A stretch of DNA of 48,535 nucleotides, the filler included, from Jimgerdemannia flammicorona (lineage: Eukaryota), in NCBI GenBank assembly GCA_003990765.1. It is 2 parts of 2 records of this genome, joined end to end, with 100 filler letters (N's around TTAATTAATTAA, not from the genome) between each part and the next. Parts side by side here need not be neighbours in the genome. Positions count along the whole stretch, not along the records: positions 24,322 to 48,535 come from RBNJ01001007.1; 1 more part is not named here. One strand, given 5' to 3'. Shown piece after piece: positions 36,464 to 47,351 of the stretch. The translations under genes were made by a program, and so were the position numbers. The stretch's first letter is position 1. Every line of letters begins with the position of its first letter. The notes beneath the pieces were generated by a model. It made no database searches. It was not told where the DNA came from and saw nothing but the letters and a program-made list of their open reading frames with translations.

Positions 36464-37294
36464 ATACCTGCCACCTGCCACCAAACTGCCCACCATAGCC
36501 AGCCCCTCTCAAGCCAGGTTGACCGCCTCTTTGGACACATCCAGGTCGCTATCCAAGGAAGGAACTGCCACTCAGAGGCCCTTAACCTCTCCAGCCCAGA
36601 CCTAGGACAGTATGTTCTTGACCGCCGTGAACTTATCGAAAGGGCCTACCTTGCTACCAGCTACCTAGAAATCTGGTATGAATATGAAATCAGTCACCAG
36701 CTTCTCCAATGGGCAAAGGACCTACCCATGGACCAAGTCTCTGATTGGACCCACCTAGACAGGCATGAGCAAAGACTTGCCAAGAAGGTCCATCAAATTA
36801 TGCACCATGCACCCTTTGCGATCCCCAACCTCAACTACATACAACTAAAGAACTTCCAGAACCTCTCTTTCCCTGAGGTCGATGCTCTTGAAGTCAAGGT
36901 CACCCAAGAAGCTAACTCCTGGATTACCCTCAAGTCTACTGACTGCAAACCCTACTGGAGCCCCCTCCTGAATGACAACCCTGACCAATAGCTCCAAGGC
37001 CTCTCTGACCTCTTTGAAGGACCACCTATCTGAATGGATATTCCCAGGCATGAAGATCAAGAGCCCTATTTAAATGGCCCCAACCACATCAGATGGAGAA
37101 CCCCTACACCAGCACCTATTCCAATGCAAGAACCATTTGCAGACCTCATTGACTTCTCCATCCTGGACAGTGAGCCATCAGCAACTACCACCCCCCCTGC
37201 CCCTGAAGAAGATGATAACAACTCTGAGGAAGATTCCCCACCTTTCTCTCCCCTGGTTCTCAATTTCTCAATCAACAAGGACATTGATTTCTAA
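36464..37294 (+). pseudogene. ORF-X homolog (~276 codons) between pol and the PPT; ATG decayed to ATA, two premature stops
   Basis: ORF-track pieces 36383 and 37034 share a frame; (M)PAT.. aligns with MPAA.. of 907-1752; the stops at 36989 and 37031 align with aromatic residues of the intact copy; GTATAAATACCC at 36391. Confidence 0.85.
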
Positions 37295-37305
37295 GGAGAG
37301 AAGGA
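37293..37305 (+). promoter_or_regulatory. Polypurine tract AAGGAGAGAAGGA
   Basis: Immediately precedes the TG of the 3' LTR and overlaps the ORF-X stop codon. Confidence 0.9.
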
Positions 37306-38095
37306 TGTAATAGAACGAATGAATGAGCGAACAGATGGGACATGACGAATGACGAGCAATCACGTGACCCGGTGATAATGTCATCATACGATCGAGCATG
37401 GCATATGAATAATAAGTAATGAATGAACGAACGATGTGAAACGACACGGAAAATGATATCCAGCTTATCTCCAATAATCAGTGCCACAGCAACAGTTGCC
37501 ACAGCTGCTGATTATTGCCTAGTAATTGAGGTCCTGATCACAAAGATATTCTTTACCAAAAACCACCTGACAAAGGTCGCAATCACAAACCTCATTATAG
37601 TTACCAAATTAGTCACTCATACTTAGTCAGAAATTGTTTACCAACTTGTATAAATATCCCCCAGTTTCCATCCAAAATAAAGCAGTTTTAGTTCAGTCCT
37701 TGATATAAAAATCAAGTCCCCCCCATATACACACATTCCCCTGAGTCTTAGTAATGACATCTAAGTGACTCTAGTGTTTCTGACTAAACTCCAGAAGCCT
37801 AGCTAACTTCTGCCAGAACTGAGACCGGTATATAAATCCCCAAAGACTTAAGTAAACCCATTGAACCTAAATTCCAAGGCAAATTCAGTCTGTGCACAGC
37901 AAAGAACAAGACCCTCGAAATAGGGCACAAGAGAAAGACCTTTGAAAGATAAGGCACTGCTGCTACAACTACTTAAAGTGAGCACTTCCTCAATGAAGGC
38001 TTCTTGGTACACATTGTATACTAAGTCCCTAAGTAATAGTCTACTTCCCTAATTATCCAAAGGATAAGAGAGGGATAGAAGTGAGAGTTATTACA
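37306..38095 (+). repeat. 3' LTR (790 bp) of Gypsy element 2
   Basis: Direct repeat of 28955-29745, with a 1-nt indel and mostly transition differences. Confidence 0.97.
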
Positions 38096-38222
38096 GTTGC
38101 TGATACTTATTGTGCCTTGTAGATAGACTCCTACTACACAATATACACTAGTATGCTTAAAATAAAAACTTGAAAATGTATTGTCTTTCACTGAAAGATG
38201 TTGGTGTGGCTTAGCTCACTCC

Positions 38223-38478
38223 AGGTAGTTTCCCTATGATACACCTCTCCCTAAGGCAAACTCTGGGCTGCTCTACCCATTCATCAGTACAGCTGCTTGG
38301 CTACCTTGCATCAGGCCCATCAATCTCCCTGCTTCCACTGTGCTGAACCCTGCTTTCTGTAGTACTGCTTCTAGATAATTCTACTATACTCTGTCATATA
38401 CCTTCTCTTGATCCAAAAAGACCATTCATCCATTCACCTGCTAGCTCCTACAGCCCTCCAAGACATTCTGCACCCAGC
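38223..38478 (-). mobile_element. Short LINE family B RT fragment
   Basis: Homologous to 27670-27925 and 41715-41915 (WVQNVLEG, FLDQEKVYDR). Confidence 0.8.
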
Positions 38479-38613
38479 TTATGCAAATCTCACTTACAAA
38501 TCTTGCTACAAATCTTGCTGCAAATCTCACTCAAATGTATCACAAACCTTACTCAAATGTTGTTACAAACCTCACTCAATCAGGGCTTACACAGAACCCA
38601 CTGAATCATATAG

Positions 38614-38828
38614 AGAGGAGTAGAATACAGTGAGGAAAGCTCCAGATTGCAAGCATAAGCATAAGTGTAAGTATATATAAGCTTTGCTCTGCTCAGTCTG
38701 ACAAGCTGATAATAAGCTAATATTACATGATATCAGCTATCAGCTGAGTGGAGCAAAGCTTGCACTTATACTTATACTTATACTTACACTTGCAATCTGG
38801 AGCTTTCCTCACTGTGTTCTACTCCTCT
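38614..38828. repeat. Long inverted repeat (~84-bp arms, 47-bp loop)
   Basis: AGAGGAGTAGAATACAGTGAGGAAAGCTCCAGATTGCAAG... (38614-38696) is mirrored at 38744-38828. Confidence 0.9.
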
Positions 38829-39167
38829 TACATTCCACTTCTCTTGCATTCTACTCCTCTTGCACAACTCTCATATATTCCTCCACCTCCCTCACCCTCA
38901 TTCCTCAGATTGCAAACAACATACAATTTAGAAATGGGTTTTGAAAGAGATTTCGAAGAGATTCTGAAAGAGATTTCATAGAGATTTGGAAAGAGCTTCT
39001 GAAAGAGATTTTGGAGAGATTCTGAAAGAGCTTCTGAAAGATATTATAGCTTTTGAACATTTAAGATATTGAAAGCTTACTTTCATCTCTTGTTCTTTTT
39101 GCCTCATCCTTTGCTTCACCTTGTCCTTTGCTTCACCTCACTTAATTCACTACTATGTTGAGAAAAT

Positions 39168-40484
39168 GTGAATATGACCACCTGGCCAATAAGTATTTAC
39201 TTGGCCCCCCCCAAGCTCAATGTGCTTCAGCTTGCCATTCCAAAGCTCAGTACCCTAAAGATGCCTAGCTTGCTGACACCCAACCTGCCAAGCTTGCCAA
39301 TACCCAGCCTGCTGAGCTTGCCAACACCCAGCCTGCTGAGCTTGCTGACACCCAGCCTACTGAGCTTGCCAACACCCAGGTTGTCAAGCTCACCAACTTC
39401 CAGCTCACTGACCCTCAGCTCCCTGATCTCCAGCTTGACCGCCAGCTCACCACTGGTCTGCAAGTACAAGGTCCCCCACCAGATCCTAATAACGCAGCTT
39501 GAAAAAGTTAGTTTTTTTATTTTTTTTCTTTTTAAATTAATGTCCAAATTTTTTTCCTAATAACATTCGAAATATACATATCCTCCAGCTTCTAAGTCTG
39601 GGCCGGAGCACAAATCTTGCTACAATTGCCATTTTTGCCATCAAGTTTGCCCAAACACCATCTGAAAGTATTGCCAAACCAATTTCCTAGATGCCCCAAA
39701 TCTCACAGAGAAAAGGCCTTACAAATCGGACATTAGGCATGCTTTTGTTGTAGCTAACAAATGTATTAAGAAAGTATATGATGACCAACTGAGGCAAGAA
39801 GTCATAAGAGCAATAGAAAACTGTGTGAAAATTGTGAAATGTTCATCATACCACACTGGCTTCAAGGTAAATGCTAAAGCATAGAACAAGTGTGGTTGTC
39901 TAGATGGAATTATCATCATTGATGAATATGAAAAACTGCTGGCCATATTTGAATGAGTACTGGTGAAGAATGACAAAATGCTTTATATATGACTGATAGA
40001 TAGCAGGCTTGTGCATTTTGTTGAGGGGGGTAGTAGTAGAGGAGATGGAGAGGTGAGAGAGGTTGGTGTGGGAGAGGTCGGCACAGGAGAGATTGGTATG
40101 GAGGAACATAGAGAGGTCAGCACAGGGGAGGTTGGTGTGGAGGAATATGGAGAGGTTGGCATAGGGGAGGTCAGTGCAGAGGAACACAGGGAGGTTAGTG
40201 CAGAGGAACATGGAGAGGTCAGCGTAGAGGAATATGGGGAGGTCAGCACAGAGGAATATGGAGAGGTCAGTGTAGAGGAACATGGGGAGGTCAGTGTGGA
40301 GGAAGAAATGGAGATTGGTATGGTGGAGGTCAGCACAGAAGAGGATATAGAGGAGGAGGATATAGAGGAAAGTGGTTCAGAATATATAGAGAAAGATGGT
40401 TCAGAATATGAGAAGGAGAAGAATCAGTTGGTTTATAGCAATGAAGAGGAGGAGGATCAGTTGGTTTATAGTGATAAAGAGTAA
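39168..40484 (+). pseudogene. Decayed two-exon gene of unknown function: Pro/Ser 7-aa repeats, Cys cluster, acidic 8-aa repeats
   Basis: Intron-like GTTAGT (~39507) to CTCCAG (~39588); exon 2 reads SCYNCHFCHQVCPNTI*KYCQTNF... in frame, through a few stops, into (EVSxEE[HY]G)n. Confidence 0.55.
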
Positions 40485-40649
40485 GATCTTTTTACACCAG
40501 TAAGTTCTTTATTTTCCTGATTTACTTCCTATTTATTTCTGATTTCATTTTGATTTCTAATTCCTAATTATGTTTCTGTTTGTTTATTCTAAATATATAT
40601 CTTAAATGTACAATATATTTTTTTTGGTACCTTGTAGCTTAAAGGTGGA

Positions 40650-41016
40650 TTAAAGATGGATCTGTGTCAGGTTAAATATGGGTCAGGGTCAGGTTATATA
40701 TATTTCTCGGGTCAGGTCACATATATTTCTCAGATCGGGTTATATATATTTCTCAGGTTGGGTTAAAGACAGGTTATGTATAATTCTGGGTCAGGTTAAA
40801 GATAGGTGACATATGTTTCTAGGTCAGATTAAAGATGGGTAACATATAATTCTGGGTCAGGTTAAAGATGGGTGACATATTATTCCAGGTTGGGTTAAAG
40901 ATGAGTGATATATTATTCCAGGTTAGGTTAAAGACAGGTGATGTATAATTCTGGATTGGGTTAAAGATAGATGACATATAATTCCAGGTCAGGTTAAATA
41001 TGGACATGGGTCAGCT
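40650..41016. repeat. 33-bp tandem array (~7 full copies, GGTTAAAGATGGGTGACATATAATTCTGGGTCA) plus shorter related units
   Basis: Directly visible; accounts for the 11-aa-periodic ORF 40819-41007. Confidence 0.9.
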
Positions 41017-41033
41017 TGAGTTGCAATACACTA

Positions 41034-41445
41034 ATCAACAGTCACTTCTCCAACCATAGCTCCTCCAGTACATATGCTCATATCCCCTACCTGAGTACTA
41101 CTCTACCTCCCAATGCTTGTCTTGCCCTTCACCTCAGCAGCACCTGCTCTAGTTCCAGCCAGCCATCCACTCATCTTCACCTTGTCTGCAAAGCTAGAGG
41201 GGTCAGGCCTTCCCCTAGTTCCACCTGATACTAGTCCTTCTCCAGAACCTTCTCCATCTTTCAACCCTCCAAAGACCCCCATCTCCAGTCTATAATCCCT
41301 CTCCACCTTCTGCCAGCTGAATGCTCTGGGTCCACCTGACCCAGTATGTCTGTTAGAACTCTTGCTCAATGACATATTCATAGTACCTTTTCTCTAAGTT
41401 ATGTCAAAAACTGTTGCTTGAAGTTGGTATAATATAAATTGTACT
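41034..41445 (-). mobile_element. 5' end (UTR and ORF1 N-terminus) of a family A-like LINE
   Basis: GPRAFSWQKV and SFADKVK match GPGAFEWQQV and SFVEKVK of ORF1 at 18443. Confidence 0.7.
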
Positions 41446-44400
41446 AAACCAGTGCCTAACTCAATTGTCTCACACTTGCTCTAGTTCAGTTTCACTCCTA
41501 CCAGTCCCTCATATTGTCCAACCCCTTTCTGCAGGATTTTAACATCTGTCAAGCAGCCTAACTCAACCACTATATTATCTGCAAAAGCCCCCAGCTTTCA
41601 CACTATATCTCCCATCTTCAATCCAGTGAGCCACCCCTTCAGCCAAGCCAACAAGGGCTCCAAAGAGAGAATATAAAGAAGGGGAGAGAGAGGGTCACTC
41701 TGGACCACTCCACCCATTCATCAGGACAGCTGCTTGGCTGCTCTGCACCAGACTCATCAATCTCCCTGCATCTGCAGCACTGAACTCTGCCTTCTGTAGT
41801 ACTGCTTCCAGATAATTCTACTGCACCCTATCATATATCTTCTCTTGATCTAGGAAGACCATCTGTCCATCCACTTGCTGGCTCCTGCAGCCCTCCAAGA
41901 CATTCTGCACCCAGACAGTGCTGTCTCTAATCTGCCTCCCCTTAATATAGCCATACTGGTCCTTGTCTACTAGTTGGCTGATCTACCACTATAACCTCTC
42001 AGTCAGAATCTTGGACACCAATTTTCTATCCACATTCAGCAACATAATTAGCCACCAATTCTTTCACATATGCCAATTCCCCTTCTCCTTATATAATAGA
42101 AAGACTAGTCCTAATGAGTTATTGTCAATCCAGCCACCATCTTTTAGAACAAAGTTTGCCATTTCTACAAGTCAGTCACTAAACTCAGTCTGGAACTTCT
42201 TCCAGAATTCCCAAGGCAGCCCATCCTCCCTAGGTGAAGATCCTGCCTGCACTTTCTGCAAGACCTCTAGTATCTCTTCTAGTGACACTATACCCATTAC
42301 TACCCTACCCATCTCTGGTTGTACTACTACTGACTAACTGCCCACCAAATTATCATCATCCTCTGGCAATACCTCATCTTCCCCAAGCTCTCCTTTATTC
42401 TGCCAGAGAGCCTGCCATTGTCCAGAGATCTCTCCCAGCATTTCTATAACTCCAGTAACCTCAGTACCATCCTCTTGCAACACTGAAGTCCAGCTGTGAT
42501 ACACCCTTCTGGCCTTCAAAACCCCTGATAGATACTTTATAGGCCTCTCTCCCTCTTCCAACTATCTAGCCCTCAGTCTTGCTAGCAAGCTATCAACCCT
42601 CCTATCCTTAGCTGCCCTGAGATCTAGCTGCAAGTCAGCTACCTCTGCTGCCAAACAAGAGCACTTTTCTACTGATAAGATCCCCCCTTCCATCAATCTC
42701 AATCACCATGGTAGCCCTTGCTCTACTCTCCTCTTTTTATCCTTCTGCTCCTTTTCTGCAACCTCTCCAACATCACACCAATAGGTACTAGATAAGTGTT
42801 TAAATCTACCCCACTACTGTCCAATCAGCTGACCTTCATTCTTCTACTGTGATACCTCCTGCTGTACAATCTCCACAAATTGATCCCACTCTACCCACCT
42901 TTGAAGTAGGGCCACATTGAGTTACCAGTGACCCATTCCCCCACTGATAACCTGAAATCTGCCACATACCTCAACTCTCCAGTGATCAGATCAAAGACAC
43001 TACTATACCTCTACAATGTTCAGTATATTTCCCCAATCTTCTGCTACTAGAATCCAGTCAATCCTTATTCCAATCAGACCTTTATCAACAGAATGCTAAT
43101 GAGTAAAGAGCCCTGGCTTTTCCCCACATCACTGTTAGACCCTATCAATCAATCTCATATCTCTCTCAACCTGGAGCTATTGAGAGAGCCCAGCAGAGCC
43201 TACAACCCCAACCCCACCATCAGATCTATCTAATGTCCTATTATAAACCATATTAAAGTTCCCCAGCAAAATGTTCAGCCAAACTTCTGCCCAGTCTTCT
43301 CATGCCAGCCAGCCCTCCATCCATTGGTTTTGCTCTCTGCCAACTGCTGAAAGGTAGACAAAGCCCACCACCAACCTATCTCCAGCTCCTCCTTTCAATC
43401 TACTCTATATCAGTCGATCACTATAAGATTCTACCTCCACTAGTTCACCTCTTCCAGAGCTAACTAAAATGCCCACCTGTTTATTCCAACCAGTACTACT
43501 ATATCATTACTTACTCCACTCCTCATAATCCTGCTCACCATAGGCTTGAACATCCTATAGAAGTACTAAATCATACTTCCTGATCTTCAATCAATGAAAC
43601 AAATACTGTCTTTTAATGCCATCATACAGACTATTGATATTTAGTGATAATATATGCATACTGTTCATCATCATGGATAAAAAATATTTAGAGCTCCACT
43701 AGGATTGCCACTACCTTCTCTGCTTTGCCCCAGATTATTTCTTTTTGTTCCTCACAGATAGCCCTCCAGATATGTGCCCTATTCATACTGTCACAGAATA
43801 CCTCTACTCACTCAGATGCTACCTTCCTGATATCAGCCATCCTATTCTCATCAATATTGTACCTCTCAGCATCTAGAAGAGCTGTCACCATTACTGTCAC
43901 CAACTTTAGTTCTTGCATAGTAATATTGAGGAATCCTCCCCATGCTTCCTGAGATCTATGAAATACATCCACTTCCTTGATATCTTCCTCTGCAAGTTCT
44001 TCAAGCACTGTCTGATACTAGGCATCTGTTGTCATCACCAAAGACCAGGGAGTGGCTGGCCTAGGGGTCCTACTCAGCTCCTGCAACAGCTCCCTATCAA
44101 CTGAGATATTAGATGCTATATCCACCAAGTCATCCTTCTCTGAAATCTTCTCCAGCCTCACTACCTCATGTGCCTCTGGACACTCCCAGTGAATATTCAC
44201 CACCCTGGCCATCTGAATATCCTCCAATTGAGTCTCTGGTACTATCTCAGTAATATCCTCAAAACCCACCTCTCCCACCTTCTCCTTATCTGCTCACTTC
44301 TCTGTTACTGATATATGAACAGAGCTCTCCACCCCCCCTAGCTGTGAGAAGGAAACCTCTGCCATCTCTACCTCTTTTATCTGATTTTTGGCTGCCTTCA

Positions 44401-45182
44401 TTCTCACCATCTCCTCTACTTTCGAACCCTGGAGGACTGTCTGCAGGTACTCCCAGTTCTCTTTCTACCACCTCTTTCTCCTTCCATCCATTGGAATCCA
44501 GATCCAGTCCTTGGTGAACTCCTCCCATCTCCTCTTTTGCAGATCCTTAATGGCCTCTCTCTCCTCCAGCATGAGCAACAACTTCTCCTCCTCTTATTTG
44601 GATCCCTTCCTTCTCCACACCTTATACTCTTGACCACTAATATAAATCACCTCAGGCCAGTCCCTCTCTAGCCCTGTGGCCTCCTTGCCTGCCAGCCTAA
44701 CCATCACTTCACAGTTACTATTTTGAAGCTTAGTCCTCTTCCAGAACATGAATCCAAAATCAACCATCTCACCAAAGCCCCCTAGCACCTCTATCATTAT
44801 CCCCTTAGTCTCCTGTCTCCCCAGAGTTAGCAACTCTTCAACCACCAGATGTACAGCATACAGATTCCATCTCAGATATCTTGCCATCTCAACCTTGATG
44901 TTCTTGACCACTAATTCTTTCTCCAGGGCCTTCATCATCTTCTCCTCCTCTACAAAGCCAATCTCCACTACCTCTACTGATGGAATAAACTTCAGAGACT
45001 CTACTCCAGTGATCTCCTCATCCACTAGTCTCAAAATCTCTCTGGCTGATATGCCTAACTTTAAGAAGTTTACCAAAATTATTCATATTGATATCAATTT
45101 GTGAAAGAACAGGTGCACCATCAGTTTCCCAGAGTCTACTGCCATCACCATCTTCTCCTTACTTTCTGAGACTCCTGCTGTC

Positions 45183-45236
<54 letters not shown>

Positions 45237-45822
45237 GTCACTTGGACTTCCTCCTGCTGTCACTCCTCCAGCCCCATCAAGTCCACCAATTGATCCTCCC
45301 CCATCCACTGGCCCAGCTACTGGTCCAGCCCCAGGAATACCAATCCCAACCATCATACCACCAGACCCCTGTCCCCTGGTAGTCACTTGACCTACCACTG
45401 GACCAGTCACCTGACCCCTCCTCTCTGTCAACACTATGCCTCCCCTGCCCTACCACCAGGGGCCTAGCTTCAGCCCTCCTACCCTCAACTATCATGTACC
45501 AACCTTTAGCAACAGAAGGTCTCCCCAGACCTCCTAACTCTTCCACTATACTATCCACTCTAGTCACCATTATATAGCTCTTGAAGAGGCCCAAGCCAGG
45601 CCTCCTCCTCTCTAGATATTCAGAGTCTGATGAACTTTAGCTCACCATTTACTCAAGAGTAATCAGAAATTAATGAAACTTACTGTGTCTTATAGCTTGA
45701 CCTCTGCTGCATCTGGTATATCTGAGTATGTAATGTGAAAACTTGAAACATATTGCTTTTCATATCAGAATGCTTGTGTGGCTTAGCTCAGTCTGTGTGG
45801 TTTGAGCAAAAGAAGTTCTCTC
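41446..45822 (-). mobile_element. LINE family B copy (5' UTR, ORF1, APE, RT; 3' end missing)
   Basis: ORF1 homologous to 46014-47351; APE remnants (LGNFN, SDHW); RT (FLDQEKIYDR, QSDPLSP, AFADN). Confidence 0.9.
45185..45250 (-). mobile_element. Ultra-truncated LINE insertion: 17 nt of 3' end plus A49
   Basis: Perfect 13-bp TSD CTCCTGCTGTCAC at 45172-45184 and 45251-45263. Confidence 0.92.
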
Positions 45823-45840
45823 AACTATCATCACTATGAG

Positions 45841-47351
45841 GAGGGGACTTCTTTTGCTTGAACCAATCAGACTGAGCTAAGCCACACAAGTATCCTGATG
45901 TGAAAAGCAATATTTTTCAATTTTTCACATTGCATACTCAGGTGTACCAGGTGCAACAGAGGTTAAGCTACAAGACACAGTAAGTTTCATCAATTCTGAT
46001 TACTTTTGAGTGAATGGCAAGCCAAAGTTCATCTGGCTCTGAATGTCTGGAGAGGAGGAGGCCAGGCCTGGGTCTCTCCAAGAGCTATACAATAGTAACT
46101 GGAGCAGGTAGTACAGTAGGAGGATTGGGAGATATGGAGAGATTTGCTGCTGCTGAAGATTGGTATATAGTAGTTGGGGGTAGGAGGGCTAGAGCTAGGC
46201 CCATGGTAGTAGGGTAGAGGAGACATAGTGTTGACAAGAGGGGGGATCAGGTGGCTGGTCAGGTGGCAGGTCAGGTGATGTCCAGGGGACAGGGGTCTGG
46301 TGGCATGACAGTTGGGACTAGTATTCCTGAAGCTGGACTAGTGACTGGGTTGGTGGCTGGGGGAGGGCCTGCAGGTAGACTTGCTGGAGCTGGAGGGGTA
46401 ACTACAGGAGTCTTAGAAAGTATGGAGAAGACAATGATGGTAGCAGGCTCTGGAGAACTAGTGGTGTACTCATTCTTTCACAAATCAGTATTAATGTGGA
46501 CAATTTTGGCAAACTTCCTGGGGCTGGGTATGTCTGCTAGAGAGGTTTTGAGACTGGTGGGTGAGGAGGTTACTGGAGTAGAGTCTCTAAAGTTTATCCC
46601 ATCAGTAGAGGCAGTTGAGATCAGCTTTGTAGAGGAGGAGGAGATGATGAAGGCCTCAGAGAAAGGATTGGTAGTCAAGAATATCAAGATTGGAATGGTG
46701 AGGTATCTGAGGTGGGATCTGTATACCATACATCTGGTGGTTGAAGGGTTGCTGACCCTGGAGAGACAGGAGACTAAGGGGATAGTAGCAGAGGTACTGG
46801 GGGGCTTTGGTGAGATGGTTGATTTTGGATTCATGTTCTGGGAGGGGACTAAGCTGTGGAATGGTAACTGTGAGGTGATGATTAGACTAGAGGGCAAGGA
46901 GGCCACAGAGCTAGAGAGAGACTGGCCAGAAGTGATTTGTATTGGTGATCAAGAGTGCAAGGTGTGGAGAAGGAAGAGATCTGAGCAAGAGGAGGAGGAG
47001 TTGTTACTTATACTAGAGGAGAGAGAGACTGCCAAGGATCTATGAAAGAGGAGATGGGAGGAGTTTGCCAAGGACTGGATCTGGATTCTAATAGAGGGGA
47101 GGAGAAAGAGGTAGTAGAAAGAGAACTGAGAGCATCTGCAGACAGTCCTCCAGGATTCAAAAGTAGAGGAGATGATGAGAATAGAGGCAGCTAAGAATCA
47201 TATAGAAGAGGTAGAGATGGTCAAGATTTCCTTCTTGCAGCTGGGGGGGGTGGAGAGCTCTGCTCATATGCTGGTAATAGGGAAGTGGGCAGACAAGGAG
47301 GAGGTAGGAGAGGGGGGTTTTGAGGATGTTACTGAGATAGTACTGGAGATG
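45841..47351 (+). mobile_element. LINE family B copy (5' UTR and ORF1 from ATG 46014), head-to-head with the preceding copy
   Basis: Inverted homolog of ~44232-45822. Confidence 0.9.

Larger units (their letters stand above)
28955..38095 (+). mobile_element. Structurally complete Ty3/Gypsy chromovirus-like LTR retrotransposon 2 (9141 bp) with dUTPase and 3' accessory ORF
   Basis: Paired LTRs TGTAATA...TATTACA; 5-bp TSD GTTGC (28950-28954, 38096-38100); PBS; PPT; domain order PR-RT-RH-IN-chromo. Confidence 0.97.
24391..38220 (-). mobile_element. LINE family B host copy (ORF1 and 5' UTR) in three pieces: 24391-25921, 28507-28954, 38096-38220
   Basis: The pieces rejoin via the TSDs of the two nested inserts. 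ORF1 starts MASQGFFSSEYLERRRPGLG at 28929. Collinear with the copies at 43645-45822 and 45841-47351. Confidence 0.88.
38479..41033 (+). mobile_element. DNA-transposon-like segment (hAT-type right end) carrying an unknown gene
   Basis: Ends ...TTGCAATACACTA (reverse complement TAGTGTATTGCAA) after decayed CGGGTCGGG-rich subterminal repeats. No left TIR or transposase was seen. Confidence 0.45.

Noticed and set aside
36464..37294. ORF-X as an envelope gene
   Set aside because: Env-like position, but no signal peptide, transmembrane segment or obvious furin site; it has an acidic soluble tail.
40650..41016. CRISPR-like appearance of the 33-bp and 35-bp (774-905) arrays
   Set aside because: Head-to-tail tandem units with no unique spacers, no cas genes, and a eukaryotic TE context.
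45159..45434. ORF with a poly-lysine tract
   Set aside because: Translation of the poly(A) tail of the mini-insertion inside LINE ORF1.
45770..45815. tRNA A-box-like GTGGCTTAGCTCAGTCTG..GGTTTGAGCA
   Set aside because: No B box or cloverleaf follows. It is the reverse strand of the LINE-B 5' UTR and recurs in each copy.
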